Source: Bdellovibrionales bacterium
Lineage (GTDB): Bacteria; Bdellovibrionota; Bdellovibrionia; Bdellovibrionales; Bdellovibrionaceae
NCBI GenBank assembly: GCA_031370005.1
Contig: JANMPT010000098.1
Span: 1 to 20,597 of the forward strand
Direction of reading: 5' to 3'
Length of the DNA: 20,597 bases
Part shown: positions 8,029 through 17,200 of the stretch, piece after piece
Layout: every line of letters begins with the position of its first letter
Position numbering within the stretch: position 1 is the first letter of the stretch
Made by a program: the position numbers and the translations under genes
Notes under the pieces: generated by a model
Told to the model about the DNA's origin: nothing
Database searches by the model: none
The model's input: the letters and a program-made list of their open reading frames with translations, nothing else

Positions 8029-9594
8029 CTACCTCGCGTGTTCCACAGAACGACTCTCGCGAACAACCGTGACCTTCACTTGACCTGATTGTGGTATCTC
8101 GCGCTCAATCTTCCGAGCAATATCACGGGCCAACATCGCAGACTGATCGTCGGTAACTTTGCTGCTTTCAACCATTACGCGCACTTCCCGACCAGCTTGT
8201 AGAGCAAATGTTTTTAAAACGCCGTCAAAGCTGTTGCCAATACTTTCAAGATCTTCCAGTCGATGAATATAAGAGTCCATGTGCGGACGACGAGCCCCAG
8301 GACGAGATGCAGACAAGATATTAGCCGCGTGAACAATCCACGCCAAAGCTGTGCTTGGTTTTTCATCATCTTGATGAGCACGAATCGCATGACAAATCTC
8401 TTCAGACTCACCGTATTTTTTTGCCCACTCCGCGCCCACAATGGCATAGCTACCTTCAGCAGTGTGTTCAATTGCGCGGCCAATTTCATGCAAAATCCCA
8501 GCGCGACGAGCTTGCTTAACATTCATTCCCATTTCGCCAGCAAGTAGGCCAGAGATATATGCCACCTCAAGAGAGTGATTCAAAACATTCTGAGCATGAG
8601 TTGACCGATATTTCAAACCACCAAGTAGCTTAATAAGCTCTGGGTGCATGTTCGGAATACCAAGCTCCGCCACTACGCGATCACCTTCTTCTTTAATGGA
8701 TTTCGTGATTTCCGCTTTTTGCTTTTCAACAACCTCTTCAATGCGTGCGGGATGCACTCGACCGTCTTCCATGAGCTTTTCAATGGTCCGTTTTGCAAGT
8801 TCGCGGCGAACCGGGTCAAAACCAGAGATCACCACGGCCTCTGGAGTATCGTCCACAATCAAATCTACGCCACACATGGCTTCCAAGGTACGAATGTTAC
8901 GTCCTTCACGACCGATAATTTTACCCTTCATCTCATCACTCGGCAAAGCCAAAACACTGACGGTTCTTTCAGATGTGTACTCGGAGGCAAAGCGCGAAAG
9001 TGCTGTGCTAATAATACGGCGAGCTCTTTTGTCAGCTTCTTTTTGAGCTTCATCCTCGATTTGAGTTATTTTTTTTGCGGCTTCCACTTTTGCTTCGTCT
9101 TCAAGAGCTGAAATCAATTGGCGACGGGCTTCTTCAGCAGTCATGGCAGCCACAGACTCTAATTTTTGCTTTAACTCAGAAATATGAGTATCCGTCTTTT
9201 TCTCAAGCTCTTTGATACGGTTCTCAGAGATGGCAACTTTTTCTTCCCGGTCTTTCAACTGAGAGACAAAACGTTCGTTCTCATCTAATTTTTGTTTAAA
9301 CTGATCATCGACCTCTTTTAGACGACGATCCAATTGAGACTCTTTATTTTTCAACTGTGATTTGTGCTTATGTATGTCAGTCTCAACGTTTTTACGCGCT
9401 CGGGATTCAAAATCCTTCGCTTTTGTCTCTGAATCCTTTTTAATTTTAGCGGCTTCAGAATTTGCTCTGTTAACAATACGATCAGCCTCCATGCGCGCTG
9501 ATTTTTTCTTCGCTTCATCTTGAATTTTCTTGATAATGAAGACTATTGCGCCCCCGAAAACCAAACCAAGAATTGATGTAATAACAACTTCCAT
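8029..9594 (-). CDS. rny: Ribonuclease Y homolog (TM anchor, coiled coil, KH, HD, C-terminal domain) with degenerate HD motifs, 521 aa
   Basis: N-terminal TM helix, long coiled coil, KH motif MKGKIIGREGRNIR, DGRVHPARIEE, SASRPGAR and QAGREVRV. The HD doublet reads HE. RBS AGGAG upstream. Confidence 0.95.
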   Translation of the reverse strand: MEVVITSILGLVFGGAIVFIIKKIQDEAKKKSARMEADRIVNRANSEAAKIKKDSETKAKDFESRARKNVETDIHKHKSQLKNKESQLDRRLKEVDDQFKQKLDENERFVSQLKDREEKVAISENRIKELEKKTDTHISELKQKLESVAAMTAEEARRQLISALEDEAKVEAAKKITQIEDEAQKEADKRARRIISTALSRFASEYTSERTVSVLALPSDEMKGKIIGREGRNIRTLEAMCGVDLIVDDTPEAVVISGFDPVRRELAKRTIEKLMEDGRVHPARIEEVVEKQKAEITKSIKEEGDRVVAELGIPNMHPELIKLLGGLKYRSTHAQNVLNHSLEVAYISGLLAGEMGMNVKQARRAGILHEIGRAIEHTAEGSYAIVGAEWAKKYGESEEICHAIRAHQDDEKPSTALAWIVHAANILSASRPGARRPHMDSYIHRLEDLESIGNSFDGVLKTFALQAGREVRVMVESSKVTDDQSAMLARDIARKIEREIPQSGQVKVTVVRESRSVEHAR

Positions 9595-9608
9595 ATGTGG
9601 ACTCCTAC

Positions 9609-10178
9609 CTATTTACACTGAATAATTTCATTTTCCGTGACCAGAACATTGACGCGGATATCATGTTCCTCCTCGGGAAGATCCTGTTCAAGAATCTGAC
9701 AATTAAAACAAATCCCAATCCTTGGTACCAGGCAATCCGCCAAAGCCTTGTCATAAAAGCCACGACCCTTTCCCAAGCGACAACCTTTTTTATTAAAACC
9801 TAAACCTGGAACCAAAACCCCAGTAATCTCCTCAATGCCGAGCTTGCGAGAGTCCTCAGCAGGTTCCATCACGCCAAAAGGGCCTTTGATAAAATTCTGC
9901 GAGATATAAAATGTTAAGTGATCAGCTTCCATACGTGGATAAGCCCACTCAATGTGATCCATATGGCGATAGCATGGGGTTAAATCAGGCTCCTGAGGCA
10001 GGGCCAAATACCCGGCCCAAATTCCCTTTTCGTTTTTAAGGTAATCCATAAGATTTTCACAAATCTGATGCTGAATTTGGACAGAGGAGTGCGGAGACTC
10101 TTTTTGTAAAAGAGCTTTCATGTGGTTACGCCATTGGCGCTTGCCCCACGACTGCATTTTATCTACACGCAAATTCAT
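9609..10178 (-). CDS. ygfA: 5-formyltetrahydrofolate cyclo-ligase (189 aa; may start at Met8)
   Basis: VLVPGLGFNKKGCRLGKGRGFYDKAL and EEHDIRVNVLVTE motifs; typical zapA-ygfA-rny context. Confidence 0.92.
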   Translation of the reverse strand: MNLRVDKMQSWGKRQWRNHMKALLQKESPHSSVQIQHQICENLMDYLKNEKGIWAGYLALPQEPDLTPCYRHMDHIEWAYPRMEADHLTFYISQNFIKGPFGVMEPAEDSRKLGIEEITGVLVPGLGFNKKGCRLGKGRGFYDKALADCLVPRIGICFNCQILEQDLPEEEHDIRVNVLVTENEIIQCK

Positions 10179-10203
10179 TCCAGCCTCAAACTACAAAACA
10201 GGG

Positions 10204-10506
10204 TTAAACTGTTCTATTGAGTTTGGAATTCTCTAGATCGATTGAAAGTTTAAGAGCTTTTTCTTCTATTTTTGCAAGCTCACGATAAGCTTTTCGTTTT
10301 AGAAGAATCAGTTCCTCCGCCACATTAAGTGCCGTAAGAACCGCTGCATTTTGAAAAGAACCATACTTAGTAACACCCATAGCCTGGTCCATTTTATTGT
10401 TCACAAATTCGACAAGTTCTTGAACTGTTGCATCATCATGGGAGCTTTTGAGTTTGTATGGAACTCCCGCAATCAGAAAGTCATAGTTTTTTTTCTCAGA
10501 TGCCAC
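10204..10506 (-). CDS. zapA: Cell division protein ZapA, 100 aa
   Basis: IAGVPYKL, FVNNKM and AVLTALNVAEEL followed by a coiled coil. GTG start with GAGG RBS. Confidence 0.9.
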   Translation of the reverse strand: MASEKKNYDFLIAGVPYKLKSSHDDATVQELVEFVNNKMDQAMGVTKYGSFQNAAVLTALNVAEELILLKRKAYRELAKIEEKALKLSIDLENSKLNRTV

Positions 10507-10626
10507 TCAAACCTCGTGGGCCATCATTGGCCCTGCTCAAATCCTTAAACAGTCGCCTTGCGGCGCCTTTCAAACTTTCAAAGTACTTTAAAGAATCTAG
10601 AAAATCCTTTATTAACAGTACCTAAA

Positions 10627-10654
10627 ATTATAACTGAGTTCATAGACTTAGCAA
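10627..10654 (-). promoter_or_regulatory. Putative sigma70 promoter of the zapA-ygfA-rny-tyrS operon
   Basis: Minus strand TTGCTA (10654-10649), 16-nt spacer, TATAAT (10632-10627). Confidence 0.55.
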
Positions 10655-10677
10655 CTTTTGTTTGTCAAATTACTGCG

Positions 10678-11313
10678 TTATTTTTGAAAACAACTGCAAA
10701 CAATGCCAAAGTCCTTTTTGTCTTCGCAAAGAAGTCGCTTATTGGCAAAAGTGTCACTCAATTCCAACTCAAAAACATTTTGGAAATTTCGTTTGAAGCT
10801 CAAACTTAATCCATTGAGCTTTGTGTCAAAATAGGAGCGCTCATCCTCTATGACCTCTTGGTTCAAAAAATATTGATCCAATACTTTCTGAGGAGGATTG
10901 ATGCGTTGAGACTGAGGCAAATCCACCGGAACCCCAACTCCCTTGGCGTCTAACTTTTCGAGGCTTAAAATATAATCAAACTTAAACTTTTTAGCCGATT
11001 TTGCGGAAAGATTTAGTCTTTTCTTATGACCCTCAGGATCCTTGAGAATGACCTGACGATATCTGAGAAGGGATTGTGATGTGACAAACTTTCGATCGAT
11101 GTCCTCTTTCAACTGATTTAGGTCAACCTTCAAGGCTAGGGTCTCGTTTTTAAGCTCAGGGTAACAATGAGTCAGATTTACATAAGAAACAGACACGGGC
11201 CTCTCTTTAGGCTTCTGGACAGCGTCGGCAGTGGGCGACAAAGCAATCCCCAAGGCAACACAAGTGATTGCGCAAGATATAAGAGACAAAAAACCCCCTC
11301 GAGAAATCCCCAA
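10678..11313 (-). CDS. Hypothetical secreted protein, 211 aa
   Basis: Signal peptide-like N-terminus ending ADA; Lys-rich body; C-terminal C-x9-C-x-C. No recognised family. Confidence 0.7.
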   Translation of the reverse strand: MGISRGGFLSLISCAITCVALGIALSPTADAVQKPKERPVSVSYVNLTHCYPELKNETLALKVDLNQLKEDIDRKFVTSQSLLRYRQVILKDPEGHKKRLNLSAKSAKKFKFDYILSLEKLDAKGVGVPVDLPQSQRINPPQKVLDQYFLNQEVIEDERSYFDTKLNGLSLSFKRNFQNVFELELSDTFANKRLLCEDKKDFGIVCSCFQK

Positions 11314-11334
11314 ATTGAGAACCTCTGAAGGATG

Positions 11335-12981
11335 CTAATGATTTTTAGTTAAAAAGGCAATCACGTCTAAATCTTGACCAGCAGCCACCCCCGCCCCCGG
11401 CATTGGACCTGTGATTTCATCCACAGTAAACCCAGTAAAGGCATCAGTATTTCTTTCGTGCTGGAAGCGAAGCCACTTTTCGTGATCATACCAAAGGCGT
11501 TTTTGTCCATCATCGCGACAAGACCTCAGCTCATCACCTTGACCACCCCAGCGAAGTTCAGCGCAGTGATAAGGATCAAAACTCAATTCATAAATACGGG
11601 CACGGGCCTGATCAAGATTCATTCCAACATCGCGGCCATCACTATTTTTGTAAGTGATTTGGCATGCACTTGCGCTTTTTTTGTAGGCATTGAGCATGTC
11701 ATCCGCGAGATTTACGCCATGATAATCCACTTTGCCATCGTGAGATCTATAGTGGCTTAAAGCATCACTGACATAGGTTCTAAGTTCTTTAAACGCCACT
11801 TTCAAACGAGCGTCTCTGGCTGGAGTAGCATAGGTTTCCCACTCGCCCTCAGCGCCATAGATGTTATTCGGTAAACGAATCGGATGTGCCCGTTGATTAA
11901 TGCCGGCAGAGATGGCCACCTGCACGGCCACAGCTCTTTCCTGCATTCCTTTGCACAACTCTTGAGTCATAATTTTAACATCATCAACGGGGTTCTCTAT
12001 CAAGGGCCCATCAGCCAAACGATTGCGAACCCAATCATAATAGTTCATTGTTTCACCTTGAAAAACAAACTGCGCCTGTCGCCAGTCTGGAGTCGCACTT
12101 GTGCCATAATACTGTTCAGTACTATACATCGGGAGATCACGGTCTTTCGCACCTAAAATACTGCCTCCATAATAACCGTCAACACTATCCCATGTCGCAC
12201 CAGTTAAATACAGTGGGCGCCAGTTTTTAAAACCCGCCCCCTGCCCCGGATAAGCACGCATGAAACGCGAATTATAAACTCCAGAGGTCAAACTATTATC
12301 AGGATGTGCATCGATATAATAAAGTCGCCCATCATTGGTAACCTTGTATACAGTGACAACATGGCCATTGGGATCATAAATTACAGTGCCAGGGCGAATC
12401 GCATCACGGGTGATTTTGACCGGATAAAAATCAGAATATAATTTGTCTGCATCCATACCTTTATAACTTACCCGAAAATTTGCCGAAGAGACTTCGTTAG
12501 GAAGCAGATCATTGAAAATTTCAAGAGCATTTGGAAATTTCATTTTGCCAAGAAATGACTTTTGTACAATTACAGAATAACGCTCACGTACGACATTGCC
12601 ATAAGGTGAGTAACGAATGTCTTTAACCAGGTCTCCAGTTCCCTGAATGGGACTGACACCAGTTACAAACCCAAAGGGCAATTGGTTTCGCCACGCATAG
12701 TAGGCCCGCAAAAAATATGGAAAATCTGCACAGTCGGAAAACATCTGAAGTCCAGCAGGATCCGTAGAGGCATAGGGATTAACCTTCGGATTGCGAAAAC
12801 ATTCCGCAACGGTGGCGCAGAGGCCACTTGAAACCCCATCTCCGACCTGAGCGATATAACGAATATAATTTTCCTCGTCTGAGACTCCCCACTCGGCCTT
12901 TGCGAGCTTCCAGGGAGCTACAGCGTAGGCTTGGACGGCTATAAGAAATGTTAACACTACGAAAATAAAAAAGAAGCTCAC
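11335..12981 (-). CDS. Large secreted protein with papain/NlpC-P60-like catalytic motifs (548 aa from GTG 12981; ORF open from 13062)
   Basis: Signal peptide SFFFIFVVLTFLIAVQAYA follows GTG 12981. Motifs SDCADFPY and IRPGTVIYDPNGHVVTVY...YYIDAH. Confidence 0.75.
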   Translation of the reverse strand: MSFFFIFVVLTFLIAVQAYAVAPWKLAKAEWGVSDEENYIRYIAQVGDGVSSGLCATVAECFRNPKVNPYASTDPAGLQMFSDCADFPYFLRAYYAWRNQLPFGFVTGVSPIQGTGDLVKDIRYSPYGNVVRERYSVIVQKSFLGKMKFPNALEIFNDLLPNEVSSANFRVSYKGMDADKLYSDFYPVKITRDAIRPGTVIYDPNGHVVTVYKVTNDGRLYYIDAHPDNSLTSGVYNSRFMRAYPGQGAGFKNWRPLYLTGATWDSVDGYYGGSILGAKDRDLPMYSTEQYYGTSATPDWRQAQFVFQGETMNYYDWVRNRLADGPLIENPVDDVKIMTQELCKGMQERAVAVQVAISAGINQRAHPIRLPNNIYGAEGEWETYATPARDARLKVAFKELRTYVSDALSHYRSHDGKVDYHGVNLADDMLNAYKKSASACQITYKNSDGRDVGMNLDQARARIYELSFDPYHCAELRWGGQGDELRSCRDDGQKRLWYDHEKWLRFQHERNTDAFTGFTVDEITGPMPGAGVAAGQDLDVIAFLTKNH

Positions 12982-13068
12982 CTCGCGGCGTCGCTCCCGA
13001 TAAAATTCTCGGCGAACTACGCCATGAACAGAATTTGCCACTAGCCCCCCAGCCACTCTCAAGTCATT

Positions 13069-13134
13069 TGACAGCTCAGATTCTTTACAAGAAAAATATT
13101 ACCTGGATTCAATATCTTGTGGAATAAACTGTCA
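13069..13134. repeat. Imperfect inverted repeat just downstream of ftsY
   Basis: Nested pairing arms TGACAGCT/AACTGTCA, ATTC/GAAT, ACAAG/CTTGT and ATATT/AATAT. Confidence 0.45.
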
Positions 13135-13142
13135 CAAGGGTT

Positions 13143-14207
13143 CTAACTAAAAATACTTTCAACAAATTCGTGGGGGGAAAAGCTGCGAAGATCCTGGATT
13201 CTCTCACCAACTCCTATAAATTTAATTGGAATCTGAAGCTCATTTGCTAGTCCCACGGCAACCCCGCCTTTTGCAGTACCATCCATTTTGGTGAGAATTG
13301 CCCCCGTAAGCGACAGTGCTTTGTTATATTCCTTGGCTTGAATCAATGCGTTTTGCCCAGAGTTCGCATCAAGCACAATGATCACCTCATGTGGAGCTTC
13401 AGGAATCACCCTGGCCATCACGCGTTTCATTTTCTTGAGCTCTTCCATCAAATTGTCTTGAGTGTGCAATCTTCCAGCCGTGTCAATGATAACAATGTCA
13501 TACTTTTGCCCTTTGGCCTTGCTGACAGCATCGAAAACAACGGCACTTGGATCCGTCACTCCCTCTGGAGAAAAAATTTCTACCTGGGCTCGTTCAGTCC
13601 ATACTTTGAGTTGCTCTCCTGCTGCTGCACGGAATGTATCGCCCGCAGCGACAAGAACTTTTTTACCTTGGCTAGCAAATTGAGCCGAAAGCTTACCTAT
13701 ACTTGTAGTTTTGCCGGCACCGTTAACACCGACGATCATGAGCACGGTGGGGCCCTCTTTTGTAAATCGAAGCAAATTACTAGGAAGCTTTGAAAAAACA
13801 TCTTCCATTTCAGTCTTCAAGGTTTCGCGCACTTTTGCGAGATCCGTTTTTTCTTTTCGACTCATGTCAACAAGTGCACCCATAAGCTTTTGAACGGTCA
13901 CAGAGCCAAGATCGCTGGTGTAAAGAACCTCTTCGATCTCTTCAAGATGCGCTAAGGGCTCGTTAGCTTTAAAAAGCAGCTTAATACGGCCAAAAATATT
14001 TTCTTCAGTGGCCTTGAGGGCCTTTCGAAGATCGACGGCACTTTCCTCAACAGCCTGTACTTCAACAGTCTTTACACCAACCACTGAAGGCGATACGCCT
14101 TTATTTTTTAAAAGCATGTACCAGAGTATTGCGAAAATTAAAGTGCAGACTACGCCCAGAACCGCAAATGCCAATATCGCATAGTCGTCATTTAAATTGC
14201 GAAACAT
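13143..14207 (-). CDS. ftsY: Signal recognition particle receptor FtsY with N-terminal TM helix, 354 aa
   Basis: GVNGAGKTT, DTFRAAA, DTAGR, TKMDGTAKGG and GVGE motifs. Start overlaps the smc stop (TAATG). Confidence 0.97.
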   Translation of the reverse strand: MFRNLNDDYAILAFAVLGVVCTLIFAILWYMLLKNKGVSPSVVGVKTVEVQAVEESAVDLRKALKATEENIFGRIKLLFKANEPLAHLEEIEEVLYTSDLGSVTVQKLMGALVDMSRKEKTDLAKVRETLKTEMEDVFSKLPSNLLRFTKEGPTVLMIVGVNGAGKTTSIGKLSAQFASQGKKVLVAAGDTFRAAAGEQLKVWTERAQVEIFSPEGVTDPSAVVFDAVSKAKGQKYDIVIIDTAGRLHTQDNLMEELKKMKRVMARVIPEAPHEVIIVLDANSGQNALIQAKEYNKALSLTGAILTKMDGTAKGGVAVGLANELQIPIKFIGVGERIQDLRSFSPHEFVESIFS

Positions 14208-17200
14208 TACTGAATGTCCTGAAGACTCACAGATACCATTGTTGAAACCCCTCGCTCCTGCATCGTCACACCGTACAGCTTGCCCGCCACTTCCATCGTA
14301 TGTTTATTATGCGTGACAACGATAATTTGTGATCGCTTTGCCATCTCCCGAACGAGGTCATTAAAACGAAAAACATTGGCATCATCAAGTGGAGCGTCAA
14401 CTTCATCCAGTAAGCAATAAGGGCTTGGTTTCACCAAAAAGATCGAAAAAACCAAGGCAACCGCGGTTAGAGCCTTTTCGCCACCCGACATCAAGCTGAC
14501 ATTTTGCATTTTCTTGCCTGGAGGTTTGGCAATGATTTCAATACCCATTTCACCTTTTTCCACGTCTTCATGAAGCTCTAATCTGGCCTCACCACCACCA
14601 AACAAGACAGGGAATACCCGAGTAAAGCGGTCATTAACGAGATCAAAAGTCTCTTTAAAACGCTTAGAGCAGATTTTGTTGATACGATCAATCACCTTAC
14701 GAAGTTGTTCCTTTGCTTCCGTCAAATCAGCATGTTGCTTGGTTAGGAACTCGTAACGCTGGGCAGTCTCTTCATACTCTTCGATCGCTGATAGATTCAC
14801 TTCGCCAATCTTCGCGATTTTCTCACGAAGTTCTCTCAATTGAGCTTCGGCTTCCGCAGGATCGCCTTCGCGACTTTGGTACTTTTCAACCACATCAAAA
14901 AGAATCAGCATATATCGCTCGCGTATTTGATCCACGAGATATTGCTCTTTCATGCGCGCTTGCTCTAATTTCAATTGAGCCTCGTTCATCCGAGCCTGTC
15001 GCTCATTGCGTGCTCGTTGGGAGCTGGCGATTTCATCGCCCCTCATTTGAATTTGCGCGGCCATCTGCTCATAAGTATCTTTCTCGGTAGACATCCGAGC
15101 CTTGAGGCCCTCAACTTCGCGAATATTACGTTCAAACTCAATTTTTTTCTCTTCAAGTGTCATTTGACTGTCAGTCATTTGTGTGGAGTACATTTGAGAC
15201 TCTTCACTCATTCTTGAGAGCTGAGCTTCCAATTCACTCAAAGACTTATTCACCATTTCCAACTGACGAAGCACACCATTGTACTCTTGGGTTCTAGAAA
15301 CAGATTCTACCTGCAGTTCACGAACCTCATTTTGAAAGCCATCAAACCCAAGACGTGTCGACATCAGTTCAGCATTTAGCGCTTCAGTTTGCTCTTCAAG
15401 GCTTTTCTTCTTCGCGCGAGCCTCTTCAAGATTTACTATCAAATCATGTAACCTGGCTTCCTGTTGCTCCACTTGCTCCGTAATTTTATGAAGTTCACGC
15501 CCTTGTCGCTCTACCGCATGTTGAGCATTTTGAAGTTCATTTTCAGAACGCTCCACATCCTTGCGAAGCTCAATGACTTTAATTTCCTGCTCAACTTTAC
15601 GTTTTTGAGCACCCTCAAAATCATTCACAACATTGGCTAATTGTTCCTCTAGTTTTTTTAGAGCTTGCTGAGCCAAAGCTAATTTTCCAGCCCATTCATT
15701 TTTTTTCTCAGTCAGTTCTTTGATTTCGCGTCGACGTTTTAAAACACCAGAATCTGCAGACTCCACAGATCCGCCCGTCAACATTCCATCAGCCGACAAG
15801 GTGTCTCCGTCGGCTGTAACAAATGTCCAACCTTGATATTTTGCTCTGAGACTCAGGGCTGTGCGAATCGAATCCACAATTGCCACGCCATCTAGCAAGT
15901 ATGAAACTGTGTTTTGATATTTTTCATGTGAACGAACGACATCCTTTAGTATGACTTGAACTCCAGGCTCGGCGCTTGGGGCTGAGCCTAACACTTTATG
16001 AGCAGTTTCAGTCGCTGACATAAAACTAGAACGACCCGACTTTGCTTCTTTTAGATGGTCGACAGCCTCAATCGCTTTGCTATCATCAGCGGAAAGTAAC
16101 ATTTGAAGACGAGAGCCCAAAGCTGCTTCCATCGCCACTTCGTATTTACTTGGGACTTCTACAACCTCAGAGACTGGTTGAAACATAACCGAACCGTCTG
16201 CTGTGATCTCCTGATACTTCGCTTTCTGCCAAAGCATGACGTTTTTCACACCCTCTTGAAAACCTTCGAAATTAGAGTGCAGGTTTTCAAGGCCATAGAG
16301 TCTAGAGGTTACTTCGTTCAATTGATCTTTGAACTCTTCAACTTCAATTTTTTTAATTACCGACTGTTCTGTTAAGATTTTCTTATTCACTTCAAAAGAT
16401 TCGAAGTCGTTCACCAAATCCAGTTGCATTTGGCGTTCTTTTTCTAGCTCATTAAAAACTTTGCGACGACGGACTTCGAATTCAACTTGCTTTTCACGAA
16501 GTTCATTCACAACCAACTGCTCGCTGTCCCCACGCTCTTTAAGATCTACGATCTGCCCTTGGAGGGAGTTTACACGTGCATCCAAGGAGGACTCAGATTG
16601 GCCTATGGCAAATAACTCACGACGTTTTCCAGTTAGCTCTTCATCTACTTCTGTGATGCGCGATTGTGAATTTTGAAAAATCAGGTTTTTATCATTATAT
16701 TGAGCCGTTAAAACTTCGGACTCTTCTTTTAAAGATTCCACCTGAGAGTTCAGCTGAGCATGCTCTTTAAGCAACAGCTCTTGCCGCGCTTGCTGCTCTT
16801 GCAAAATCGTACCAGTCATTTGCTCATTACGGCGGGCTTGCTCGATTTCGAAACGTAGCTCTTGGATCTCCATCTCTTTTTTTTGAGACAAAGATTGTTT
16901 GTCATAATATTGGATCTGAATCACTTCCAAAGATTTTTCTTTTTCAAGGATCTGCAATTTCAGAGCTTCAAACTGCGCCTGCAAAGCGGAAACATTTGTT
17001 TCACCTTCTACTTCTAAACTTTGCGCTTCATCAAAGATGCGCTGAGCTTCGTCAGCCACTTTACGAAGGTCCGTATATTGGATAGTGCTTAACCAAAGAT
17101 CCAGGTCTTCAATTTGATTTTTAAGGCCACGATAGCGCTCCGCACGCTGAGCCTGTCTTTGCAAAGAATCAATTTGCCGTTTTAACTCACCAATAATGTC

